Of a DNA stretch of 64,000 nucleotides, positions 35,501 to 42,163 are shown one piece after another. The DNA is from a virus. How positions within the stretch are numbered: position 1 is the first letter of the stretch; every line of letters starts with the position of its first letter. The stretch lies in IMG/VR virus record IMGVR_UViG_2799112719_000001. One strand, given 5' to 3'. The position numbers were made by a program, and so were the translations under genes. A model generated the notes under the pieces. That model saw only the letters and a program-made list of their open reading frames with translations, searched no databases and had not been told where the DNA came from.

Positions 35501-36150
35501 CTCAGTTCCTACGCTTTGCCCGTGTGTTCTTTGCCCAGGAGCATGTCTATGGTGTGCCTATCGACCTCGATTCCATGCTGGAGGAATACAAGGCCGACTT
35601 TGCAGAAGCCAGCAAGAGCCGTGATGATTCCTTCTCGCCAAAACGCTTTAAGGAGCGTGTGCTGTCCTACTGTGAGACGGCTGGCATTCAGATGAACCCG
35701 CCGCAACTCTTCAAGAAAGCAGATGGTAAGGTGCTGAAGAAAGCAGAACAGACCAACTACTTTGCTCATCAGGCATGGCGTACCCGTCGCTACTTTGATG
35801 GGCGAGAGTGGGAGGATGACCAGACTATCCAGCCGAAACAGATACGCGAACTGACCCGTACAGAACATGCGGTATATTTCTATCGTATTGGTAAGGACCA
35901 GATACCGGCCAATAACGACGAATTGATGAAACAGTATGCCGTCTTTATCACTCAGCCCGACCCAGCACCGATTACTGACGATAACGGTAATATCGTGACA
36001 CTGACAGAAGAGGAACAGGCCCGCTGGCGTTCTTATCTGGATTCCCGTCAGCGTAAGCGTGTGGCTGGTGGCTCTGCCGTACCTACGGCTGCCACCGCAA
36101 CCGATGGCTCTCCGTCGGCTCCACCCCAGGAAGAGGATCTGCCCTTCTAA
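32509..36150 (+). CDS. Primase-helicase (SF3/D5-P4-like P-loop NTPase)
   Basis: N-terminal CWCPFCKG zinc motif; Walker A AEGGSGKSTF at about aa 800; Walker B-like VVHWEDVD; acidic tail ending EEDLPF. Confidence 0.6.
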   Translation: MIYDPLIDELAALPLNLLVTPADQQTEEGQTACWCPFCKGNAGSTPHFIIYNRKRGGLYGKPVEHWFCTKTKRGGYGAIELYAAMKGLGYWWRKDSHSAQTFICVGEDLRQACLQLAMLAGHTKEEVGEKWPQLLKRDYRETAIRPQERVTFEPKTGFTPQDLAALGCTTWLDYDGVEHYGFETGNKDAGWHFDPADIQRDFKISAVGKVTLPAVSRKGEPVSEVLVSTPWNPIFVALVDDETEDSGSIFFPALGIPPMVFCNTDEHTSAKVSRWLAGDKVFVRALELKTSENTGVRKAIQELDPEERVTEVKQEWQESSDKNGNVKMELVDVPLRDKDIKAKAIIYCPSAPDAVATYYHMKALRHTYPKQFGSRWYHVCFPYGAVPFSPVHYNKMHRFADNIYTLFPSATKQTLKARDISCRYRDVLRAELPETIGDRAHLYFPRLYCHPVQTVSEFFLAYQMLPREAYQNDEDINRLFSSCITSALSSDPFERKEKRDKNGMVKEVYYTINPATLWEFMASAGYARDVRPDEPDKIGRYVHIDGPFADELEPSSMVQATIEQLKAYARQLNDSRPGMPDEYELMVQAVLRANKEINEKTIASLPSVKLNYADGYGRHVEHFFYDNGALRITENEISMQPYDRIDFNVERAELLHWNMTPIKNLPFEISENPEYRTRLEAIKNKREQKDDNGKPLYTLQQLAQDDNDLALWAQSHRWIVDWKGKNENEMWPALRVIRGFANEEWEQEQRLLHDGKQFSVEEQMELDCRFANLIFCLGRMLWRYRDSKSNCISYLIENVVSAANRAEGGSGKSTFVRVFAGCAAHILNINGRDLVSNKEFSANLAEYQHHKHRVVHWEDVDASLDFGKLYNLTTGDFSVRYMYKDRITIPLSEGPGHVVTSNYPLHDLDDSTMRRVCLGGFSHRFCGQNIMKNKAARYISDIMPDFNAVSPEKLSASSRNQIAMICALAVQFVMRYDEKVDAQKKYMEERTLTQTLTPQFLRFARVFFAQEHVYGVPIDLDSMLEEYKADFAEASKSRDDSFSPKRFKERVLSYCETAGIQMNPPQLFKKADGKVLKKAEQTNYFAHQAWRTRRYFDGREWEDDQTIQPKQIRELTRTEHAVYFYRIGKDQIPANNDELMKQYAVFITQPDPAPITDDNGNIVTLTEEEQARWRSYLDSRQRKRVAGGSAVPTAATATDGSPSAPPQEEDLPF

Positions 36151-36198
36151 ACTCGAAATAACGTAATAACGTAATAACAACAAAAAACAAAAAAGATT

Positions 36199-36801
36199 AT
36201 GGCTCGTTACAGATTTTCTATCGACGCAGGCACCTTCATTGGTGCAAGGTTTTTGAACTTAACACTTACCGAGGGTGGCAAACCCATCCCTGGCATTTTC
36301 ATTCCTGCCGGCATCAATGGTATTGAGGTGCAGACTGACAACCGCGATGAGGGTAAGCGTAATCCATCAGGCATCCGTGCCTTCCTGAACTTCCAGCAGC
36401 GTATTTGTAACAACAAGTACATCGAGGCTGTGAAGCAGTCACTCATGCGTAAGGGTGAGGAAATTACCCTCTACAATGTGCCCGCCTATCAGGTGGCTTA
36501 CACACTGCCGGAAGAGAAGCGTAAGCCTATCCGTGAGGCATTGAAGAAACGCATCCTGGCCGAACATCCTGAGTGGAAGGATCAGACTGACACACAGGGC
36601 ACAGACCTCTCTCGTGCTATCTCTACGCTGATGCCCTATCAGGTGGGCGACTCTTATCTCATGGAAGAGCAAAACGCACAGCAGCAGCCGCGTAATGCTT
36701 CTGCACCTGTCTCGCAGGCTGTCACCGGCTACTCCGCTCCTACCTCTAACGACTATGACCCCTTCGGTGGTGAACAGGCTCCAGATGATCTCCCATTCTA
36801 A
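36199..36801 (+). CDS. Putative ssDNA-binding protein (non-canonical) with an SSB-type acidic tip
   Basis: Globular N-part, Q/P/S-rich linker, and a terminal PDDLPF (compare E. coli SSB DDDIPF). Located between the helicase and the clamp. Confidence 0.45.
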   Translation: MARYRFSIDAGTFIGARFLNLTLTEGGKPIPGIFIPAGINGIEVQTDNRDEGKRNPSGIRAFLNFQQRICNNKYIEAVKQSLMRKGEEITLYNVPAYQVAYTLPEEKRKPIREALKKRILAEHPEWKDQTDTQGTDLSRAISTLMPYQVGDSYLMEEQNAQQQPRNASAPVSQAVTGYSAPTSNDYDPFGGEQAPDDLPF

Positions 36802-36820
36802 ACCATAAATTCGTAAAGAT

Positions 36821-37972
36821 ATGAAATTTAGTGTTTCCTCCCGTGAGCTGCTGCGCATCCTGAAGGCTACTGGTGCAGTCATCCTCCGTAAGAACAGCCT
36901 TCCCATTCTGGCCGACCACCTCTTTACCCGTGATGGCGATAAATTCTTCATCACTGGCTCTTCACAGGAAAATTCGTTGACGATGCCTATTGGTATTACG
37001 CTCGACAATGGTAGCGACTTCCAGCCGTTCTGTTTGTTGGCCGTTGACATTATCCCGCTGCTGGGTGCTCTTCCTGAACAGCCGATAACGGTAGAAGTGG
37101 ATATGAGCAACCATATTGCTAAGATCATCTACCAGAGTGGTCAGGTGTCGGTGCCTGTTGAAGACAGTGCCGAATATCCGCGTGTGTCCGATGTAAAGGA
37201 GCCAAAGACTTCTTTCGACATCGAGGCCAATATTTTCTTCCCTGCTGTGAAAGCGGCCAACGGCTGTACGGCTATTGACAGTACGCTGCGCCCTCAGATG
37301 TCTGCCGTTGCTCTTGACGTACAGGATGAGGGTGTGGTATTTGTTGGCTCTGATGGCCACTCGCTCTATAAGTATTCCTATCAGCATGGCGCACCGTTCC
37401 TGACTGGCAGTAAGGTGGTTATCCTTATTCCCAACACCATTGCAGGACAGCTTCAGGCTCCCTTTGCCGGTGTTGAGACGCTGACCATCCAGCATGACGG
37501 TAAGCATGTGTGCCTGAAGGCTGGTGATATCACCTTTACCATCCGCGACATTGAACAGAAGTACCCCAACTACAACTCTGTCATTCCAAAGAACAGCCCC
37601 TATCATGCCACCCTGCCTGTGGCTGCTCTCGCTGGTGCAGTGAAGCGTGTGCAACTGATGGCCAGTGATGCGTCAAACATGGTGAAACTCTCCAAGGAAG
37701 GTATGTTCCTGAACCTGTCGGCTGAAGACTACGATTTCTCGAAGACGGCATCAGAGAACCTGGTGCTGGCAGAGGTGGATAATCCGCTGACCATCCCAGA
37801 TGGCTTTGCTATCGGCTTCAAGGCTTCGTCGTTGCTGATGCTTCTGGGTAATATCTCTACCGACAATGTGACGTTGCAGCTGTCTGAACCCTCTCGCGCT
37901 ATTCTGGTCCTGGAGGATGCTCCTAACAGTGCTCTCGTGGAATTGTTGATGCCTATGCAGCTGAATGCCTAA
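36821..37972 (+). CDS. dnaN: DNA polymerase III beta sliding clamp
   Basis: 383 aa. MKFSVSSRELLRILKATGAVI start, length and overall pattern are typical of DnaN. Confidence 0.8.
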   Translation: MKFSVSSRELLRILKATGAVILRKNSLPILADHLFTRDGDKFFITGSSQENSLTMPIGITLDNGSDFQPFCLLAVDIIPLLGALPEQPITVEVDMSNHIAKIIYQSGQVSVPVEDSAEYPRVSDVKEPKTSFDIEANIFFPAVKAANGCTAIDSTLRPQMSAVALDVQDEGVVFVGSDGHSLYKYSYQHGAPFLTGSKVVILIPNTIAGQLQAPFAGVETLTIQHDGKHVCLKAGDITFTIRDIEQKYPNYNSVIPKNSPYHATLPVAALAGAVKRVQLMASDASNMVKLSKEGMFLNLSAEDYDFSKTASENLVLAEVDNPLTIPDGFAIGFKASSLLMLLGNISTDNVTLQLSEPSRAILVLEDAPNSALVELLMPMQLNA

Positions 37973-37979
37973 TACTGTG

Positions 37980-37999
37980 CCCAGCGGTTTTCCGCTGGG
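37980..37999 (+). terminator. Hairpin after dnaN (CCCAGCGG-tttt-CCGCTGGG)
   Basis: Perfect 8-bp stem with no clear U-tract. Confidence 0.4.
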
Positions 38000-38016
38000 T
38001 CTAATCTCTCTCATCT

Positions 38017-38337
38017 ATGAAATCTATCTGTCAATGTTTCTATCAGACGGTAGGCCACACCTTCTACTACATCTTCAATGATGGCACCGTGCGCTCTACG
38101 CGCAATGTCCTGTCAGATCCTAAGACGTGGAAGGTGATAGCCTCTTACAATGGTAAGGGCTACCGTCGCATCCGCATAGATGGTAAGACGTTCAAGGTGC
38201 ATCGTCTTGTGGCTACGGCCTTTGTGCCTAACCCAGATAATCTGCCTTACGTTCTTCATATTGATGGCGACCGCGAGAATAACCACTACACCAACTTGAA
38301 ATGGTCAGCAACGCAGAGCAACCATGAAGTTAAGTAG
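38017..38337 (+). CDS. HNH homing endonuclease
   Basis: KVHRLVATAFVPNPDNLPYVLHIDGDRENNHYTNLKW (HNH_3/NUMOD4 pattern). Confidence 0.8.
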   Translation: MKSICQCFYQTVGHTFYYIFNDGTVRSTRNVLSDPKTWKVIASYNGKGYRRIRIDGKTFKVHRLVATAFVPNPDNLPYVLHIDGDRENNHYTNLKWSATQSNHEVK

Positions 38338-38640
38338 AGTTTTGTATCATCACAATCGGCATGGTGGCTTGTGCCACAACTCACCTCGCCTGCATCGTGT
38401 CATCCGTAATGTCTGTATCACTGCTGGTGATTGTGGTGGGTGGTATCATCCCATCCACCCCTCAGACATAGGGCTGAATATCCTGCGCATCCTCTCCGTG
38501 GATCCTTTCGACCTTTATACGTCACTCCCCGCACCCCAAGGTAAGGATAGCAATTCATACATTCGTGGTGACATCCGCTTTCGCCTCTCCCTGCTCCAGC
38601 AGCTACTAATGTTAATTCTAATCGTGTTATTATCTGTCTT

Positions 38641-39084
38641 ATGAAAAAGTTAAAAGTAAAAGTAATCAATAAGTCTCACCATCCGCTGCCAGCCTATGCT
38701 ACCGCACTTTCTGCTGGCATGGATCTCCGTGCTAATCTCGATGAGCCTATTACGTTGGAACCTTTGTGTCGCAAACTGGTGCCAACAGGTTTATTTATCG
38801 CTCTGCCTCCTGGCTATGAGGCACAGGTACGCCCTCGCTCCGGCCTTGCTCTGAAGCATGGTATCACTTGCATCAATACGCATGGTACTGTCGATGCCGA
38901 CTACAGAGGCGAAGTTGGCGTGTTGCTCGTGAACCTCGGCAATACTCCGTTTGTCATCAATGATGGTGAACGTATTGCTCAGATGGTCGTTGCCCGTCAC
39001 GAACAGGTGGCTTTCGAGTCAGTCGATGTCCTGGATGAAACAGAACGTGGTGATGGTGGCTATGGTCATTCAGGCGTAAAGTAA
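38641..39084 (+). CDS. dut: dUTP diphosphatase
   Basis: [29 protein letters not shown] and [11 protein letters not shown] motifs. Confidence 0.9.
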   Translation: MKKLKVKVINKSHHPLPAYATALSAGMDLRANLDEPITLEPLCRKLVPTGLFIALPPGYEAQVRPRSGLALKHGITCINTHGTVDADYRGEVGVLLVNLGNTPFVINDGERIAQMVVARHEQVAFESVDVLDETERGDGGYGHSGVK

Positions 39085-39085
39085 G

Positions 39086-39239
39086 ATGGTAGCACAGTCC
39101 CCTATTGTCCTCGGTCAATATTCTCCGTCTCAGAATGGCATAGTGGTGTCGCCTTTTGGCCCATCACTATGTGTTTCTGGGGGGGGGCAATGGCCATGAT
39201 ACAGACAAACCCAAAATACTTATAGAGTATGACCTGTAG
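39086..39239 (+). CDS. C5-MTase TRD-like mini-ORF, cassette A (out of frame at G9, in frame at G8)
   Basis: MVAQSPIVLGQYSPSQNGIVVSPFGPSLCVSGGG then NGHDTDKPKILIEYDL*. ATG lies 1 nt after the dut stop. Confidence 0.55.
39179..39187 (+). repeat. G9 tract in cassette A
   Basis: Counted directly in the sequence. Confidence 0.9.
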
Positions 39240-39391
39240 GCATTCTGTTACGACAACTCTCATTAACCCTGACAGGGGGGGGGCAAATCGCTCGTACCAT
39301 CAAGTATCAGTATTATAAAACCAGCCTGGCTAACTTTCTGCTGAAAACACAGCGTGGAGCAACCGGCGTATTGATAGAGTATGATTTTTAG
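39229..39391 (+). CDS. TRD-like mini-ORF, cassette B (out of frame at G9, in frame at G8)
   Basis: MTCRHSVTTTLINPDRGG then QIARTIKYQYYKTSLANFLLKTQRGATGVLIEYDF*. The ATG lies inside the EYD codons of cassette A. Confidence 0.45.
39275..39283 (+). repeat. G9 tract in cassette B
   Basis: Counted directly in the sequence. Confidence 0.9.
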
Positions 39392-39568
39392 AGTAACCAA
39401 TGTGGGGAAACCCAAGCAGATTAGGGGGGGCAAATCCGACCTATCAATGTTACGCAAGATCTTTGCGCTGCCACTCTCACTACCCGCTACGATGCTGTTG
39501 GGCCTACTAATATTATCACATTGGCCCATTACCCGATGACAGTTGTATTGATAGAACATGATCTATAA
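39381..39568 (+). CDS. TRD-like mini-ORF, cassette C (out of frame at G7, in frame at G8)
   Basis: MIFRVTNVGKPKQIRGG then QIRPINVTQDLCAATLTTRYDAVGPTNIITLAHYPMTVVLIEHDL*. Paralog of cassette I. Confidence 0.55.
39424..39430 (+). repeat. G7 tract in cassette C
   Basis: Counted directly in the sequence. Confidence 0.9.
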
Positions 39569-39736
39569 GGCAATAGGTTGGACTCGCTCTGCTTCTGGAC
39601 GTGGTGACGTTACTCGTTACCATTTGAAGAATGTTTGCAATACCATCACCTCATTTTCAGGGGGGGCATTGGCAAAGATTCCACAACAGGAATGTATAAC
39701 ACCACTCCTTATATCTTAGTTGAGCACGAACTGTAA
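39558..39736 (+). CDS. TRD-like mini-ORF, cassette D (out of frame at G7, in frame at G8)
   Basis: MIYKAIGWTRSASGRGDVTRYHLKNVCNTITSFSGG then GIGKDSTTGMYNTTPYILVEHEL**. Closest to the M.HhaI segment ITLSAYGGGIFAKTGGYLV (recalled from memory). Confidence 0.6.
39660..39666 (+). repeat. G7 tract in cassette D
   Basis: Counted directly in the sequence. Confidence 0.9.
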
Positions 39737-39747
39737 TAAGAAAAAAT

Positions 39748-41201
39748 ATGATTGCAAAGATTTATCCAGACAACCACCCTGAACTTCAGGGCAAAAAGGA
39801 TCCGAAGCACCCTGTGAGGTACTTCGATATCCGAAAACTCACCCCCCCGAATGCTATACGCTCATGGGCGTTCCAAGCCCATACATCGACGTGCTGATGA
39901 GTACCGAACAGCGACCTTATACGGCTTTTGTCGGTGTTGATAATCAGCTGGCAGTATTCGGACTTGAACCGACGGCAACGATGAAAGAAGTAGAGGAAGC
40001 CTACCGTGAGGCCCTGGAAAGCCTTGAAGCTCCTATTCCCGATGATGAAGAGAATGATGATGAAGTCCCCGTTTCCGAAGATGAAGACGATGCCGAAGAG
40101 ATTTCCCTTATGCGCCAGAACTACGAACTGGCCTACAACACTATTCTGAAAGCACCGACTGAAGAAAAGTTTGGCCCTGTGCAGATCATCAGTAATAGCA
40201 ACCACTATAAACTCGCTGGCAACTCCATCGTCTGTGATGTTTTGATGTATATCTATGAGGAAATTTTCTATCCTACTGGCCGTCGTTTGCCTGCCGAACA
40301 GCAGGATATGTTTGCACTGCCTCAGTTCCAGCTTTCCCGTAACTGGAAAAAGCAACCTCTAAAACTCGTTACTTTGTGTTCTGGCTATGATTCGCAAGCG
40401 ATTGCATTCGATATGTTGAAAGAGCGTTATCCTGATTTCGATTATAGATTGATGGCTTGGGCAGAGTTTGACCCTGAAAGTAAACGTGCCCTTGATGAGC
40501 AGCCTGCCGTTGTTGCTCATAATCTTCTTTTTCCAGATGCAAAAGACCTCAATCGTGGCGACATGACAAAGGCTGACTGGAGCGACCTTGCAGATGAAGG
40601 AATCGACTTCCTGACTTATTCTACTCCATGTCAGAGTATTTCACAGGCTGGCAAACGAGAGGGCATCAAAAAAGGCTCTGGCACCCGTTCTGCCGTACTG
40701 TGGCATACTGAGGATGCCGTAAAGGTGATGCACCCAAAGATCCTTCTGCAAGAGAATGTCCGTGCGCTGATTAACAGCGTCAATATGCCCGACTTCCGCG
40801 AGTGGTGTCAACTGTTGGAAAAGTATGGATATGTCAACTTCCTGGCACCGTCATTCCCGACACCATGGGGAGAAACGAAACGTGATAAGAAGACTATACC
40901 AGGCATTCTGAATAGTAAGCATTATGGTGTGCCGCAAAATCGTGAGCGTGTCTATATGATTTCTGTCCGTAAGGATGTGCTTGACGATACGCAATATGAG
41001 TTTCCGCGTCCATTCCCATTGGAAAAGTGCATTGCAGATATCCTGGAAGATAATGTCGATGAGCGTTTCTTCCTGAAGCCCGATTCAGTAATCAAATTCC
41101 TTACAGTGAATGAGAGTGACCAGCAGGCTCAGATATTCTATATTGTCACAGATCATAAACTCTCTGATGAAGAGATAGCAAAGGCTCGTGCCGGTCAATA
41201 G
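39748..41201 (+). CDS. C5-cytosine DNA methyltransferase catalytic core, circularly permuted (IX-X-I-IV-VI-VIII), N-terminus out of frame at a C7 tract
   Basis: RKLTPPECYTLMGVP (IX), KLAGNSIVCDVL (X), LCSGYDSQ (I), TPCQSISQAG (IV), QENV (VI), QNRERVYMI (VIII). ATG 39748 joins the tracked ORF 39864-41201 if the C7 tract becomes C8. Confidence 0.8.
39842..39848 (+). repeat. C7 tract in MTase motif IX
   Basis: Counted directly in the sequence. In frame at 8. Confidence 0.9.
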
Positions 41202-41203
41202 AT

Positions 41204-41416
41204 ATGATGTACTTGCGTGATAGAGACCCAGCCAGTTCTAATGACTCTGTGAGAGTATGCTCCAGTGTAAACCGTGACCTCGATTGCATCAGTTTTCGTG
41301 GTGCCCATGCTGACAGAAACTTTCATCAGGTCATAGAACTTGGCTCTTCTCGCGTCACGAATACAATAACGTCCGTTCAAAAAGATAACCTCGTATGGAT
41401 AGAGAGAATGATATAA
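41204..41416 (+). CDS. TRD-like mini-ORF, cassette F (intact, no tract)
   Basis: The ORF ends GSSRVTNTITSVQKDNLVWIERMI*. It starts 2 nt after the core stop codon. Confidence 0.55.
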   Translation: MMYLRDRDPASSNDSVRVCSSVNRDLDCISFRGAHADRNFHQVIELGSSRVTNTITSVQKDNLVWIERMI

Positions 41417-41601
41417 AAACCACTCCCGCCACCGTGCCCGATGAGTCAGCAGCGGGTGCCCCTGTCGGAAAGCCGTTGGGTATTATCCGTTACCCTCACG
41501 GCAAGTTTCGTGGTGGCATACGTCCGGCTGATATTCTCCCTCCATTAACCAATTCCGATTTTCAAAACAACAACTTTGTCATTATCGAATATGACCTCTA
41601 A
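41395..41601 (+). CDS. TRD-like mini-ORF, cassette G (intact, no tract)
   Basis: The ORF ends GGIRPADILPPLTNSDFQNNNFVIIEYDL*. It overlaps the end of cassette F. Confidence 0.55.
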   Translation: MDRENDIKTTPATVPDESAAGAPVGKPLGIIRYPHGKFRGGIRPADILPPLTNSDFQNNNFVIIEYDL

Positions 41602-41853
41602 ATCCGCTGTAAGGCATTATATCCCCAGCCGTCCATTCCTCTCGACCGCTACGAGGGGGGGCAATTCGTGTTGCAAGTCAGACAGGCAACCGAACTGGGC
41701 TATATCGAGTGTGTCAGCGGTGGGTGTTTCGATATGGCTTACCCATCCTCTCAGCTTCGACGCTCCCGTGTCAAAGAGGATGGGCGTGTTGCTTCCGTCC
41801 TGATGTCTGGTGAAACGTCTCAATGTGTGTTTATAGAATATGACTTTGATTAA
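41591..41853 (+). CDS. TRD-like mini-ORF, cassette H (out of frame at G7, in frame at G8)
   Basis: MTSKSAVRHYIPSRPFLSTATRGG then QFVLQVRQATELGYIECVSGGCFDMAYPSSQLRRSRVKEDGRVASVLMSGETSQCVFIEYDFD*. Confidence 0.5.
41655..41661 (+). repeat. G7 tract in cassette H
   Basis: Counted directly in the sequence. Confidence 0.9.
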
Positions 41854-42040
41854 GCTGTCGCATACAACCTCCGCACCTCCAAAACCCTTACAGGGGGGGG
41901 TACTTCTTCCCATTAACACAGCATCCGGCGGTATCTGTTGCACCCTTAACACCCGTTACGACGGTATGCAACTCCCCGAAGACATCCTCAGTCTCGCACA
42001 TTATCCCAAGACGGTCATCCTTATTGAGCACTATCTATGA
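41840..42040 (+). CDS. TRD-like mini-ORF, cassette I (intact; tract is G8)
   Basis: MTLIKLSHTTSAPPKPLQGGVLLPINTASGGICCTLNTRYDGMQLPEDILSLAHYPKTVILIEHYL*. Confidence 0.6.
   Translation: MTLIKLSHTTSAPPKPLQGGVLLPINTASGGICCTLNTRYDGMQLPEDILSLAHYPKTVILIEHYL
41893..41900 (+). repeat. G8 tract in cassette I (in frame)
   Basis: Counted directly in the sequence. Confidence 0.9.
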
Positions 42041-42155
42041 GGGTAGAATCAATGTTTCGCAGGATGGTTTAATTATTTCTCCTTTTGGCATTTCTCCTAC
42101 TCATACCGCTGGCCACGGTAATTGTCCCAAAATCCTAATAGAGTACGATTTGTAG
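42024..42155 (+). CDS. TRD-like cassette J (no ATG, possible TTG start; paralog of A without a G tract)
   Basis: Own translation: STIYEGRINVSQDGLIISPFGISPTHTAGHGNCPKILIEYDL*. Confidence 0.3.
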   Translation: MSTIYEGRINVSQDGLIISPFGISPTHTAGHGNCPKILIEYDL

Positions 42156-42163
42156 CCACTGTG

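Noticed and set aside
38324-38644. 106-aa ORF between the HNH gene and dut
   Set aside because: The composition is implausible and low-complexity. It overlaps the HNH stop and has no leader motif. It is left as an ORF-poor spacer.
39086-42155. Reading the repeated cassette ends as a CRISPR array or a diversity-generating retroelement
   Set aside because: The repeat units are 150-260 bp coding segments with only a short conserved 3' motif. There is no regular repeat-spacer structure, no cas genes, no reverse transcriptase and no adenine-specific variation.
39086-42155. Stop-codon reassignment (TAG or TGA read-through) joining the cassettes into one polyprotein
   Set aside because: Cassette ends use TAG, TAA and TGA alike, D ends in TAA TAA, and successive cassettes are in different frames. 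All other genes in the window use standard stop codons.
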